Of a stretch of DNA of 64,000 nucleotides, positions 63,232 through 64,000 are shown one piece after another. A program made the translations under genes and the position numbers. The stretch's first letter is position 1. Every line of letters starts with the position of its first letter. The notes beneath the pieces were generated by a model. That model did no database searches. It saw only the letters and a list, made by a program, of their open reading frames with translations, and was not told where the DNA came from. The DNA comes from Macrostomum lignano (lineage: Eukaryota): contig NIVC01003262.1 in the NCBI GenBank assembly GCA_002269645.1, forward strand, positions 44,601 to 108,600. Direction: 5' to 3'.

Positions 63232-64000
63232 AACAGACTCGTCTTCCAGTAAGATAAGACTAATTAGAGTTGCAGCAAGTTCAAAGAGTACTTTTATTTA
63301 CTAGATTCAGTTTCATTTGGCACCTTATTAAACTCTTCTTTACAGAAGTATATTGCATAAAAATATAAGCAAAAAGAGATATTATATTGGCTGAAATAAG
63401 CGGTGCAACTTTAAGTACCAATTAACCAATTAAGTTATTAAGGACTAAATTTTAATGCTTTAGCTACAGGAAAGTATAAATAGTATAAATTAGTTTCTAT
63501 TTTCAAATATAGTCTTTGTGAATACTAAGGTTTTATAAGGCTACTGTTAAGACAATTAGTAAAATATTGAGGTAGCAGAACACAAAGTCGCTTTCTTGAT
63601 TCCTTTTTTATTTATTATTTGAAATGTTTCACACTGGCACACTATTATTGATTGCCAGAATTTTTTTGAAACCGTGCAAAAAATAAATAAGAAATATTGT
63701 TATTTTTAACAAAAATAATACGAAAAAAATGAGTTTGTTATAGAAATTCTACTTAGAAAAAGTTTTCGATAAGTAGTATATGGTGTATGATATAAATAAG
63801 TACTAAGGCTAAATAGTGTTTTAAATATAGAGAAAGGTGCTTTAAAAGTTAAAACAATTATGGTTAAAACCACAGATGCTAGAATAACTATCGATAGGCC
63901 ACTCAGGCATATATAGTAAACACAGCTTTTTATTTTCAATTCAGTAGCAAAATAAGAGTACATAAGCTATTTTAAAAAATAAAGGTCAGCTCAAAATAAA

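Overview
Eukaryotic (animal) genomic DNA with spliceosomal introns, AT-rich spacers, GC-rich exons and poly-Q tracts. The overall style suggests a free-living flatworm such as Macrostomum, but that is inference only. Most of the window is a nest of mobile elements. (1) A CACTA/EnSpm-like region with a transposase frame broken by two in-frame stops (about 1.4-11.6 kb). (2) LINE, mariner, Tc1, old P, Gypsy and hAT remnants. (3) A complete and apparently intact 5,016-bp P-superfamily element (21618-26633) with TIRs, a perfect 8-bp TSD and a 4-exon THAP transposase of 862 aa. (4) A decayed Polinton/Maverick (adintovirus-like) gene cluster with an A32-type packaging ATPase and an adenain-like protease, lying next to a tyrosine-recombinase-like frame (28-33.4 kb). 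(5) An intron-rich Helitron with OTU, Rep, Pif1 and RPA-like OB-fold segments, carrying a mariner with an intact ORF inside one intron (37.8-44 kb). (6) Nested MITEs, three tRNA/CORE-type SINEs and a 5'-truncated RNase H LINE with a 15-bp TSD. Host-like genes appear only in the last 10 kb: a 3-exon secreted double-WSC protein and a 2-exon poly-Q orphan. All protein assignments come from manual motif recognition; no database searches were run.
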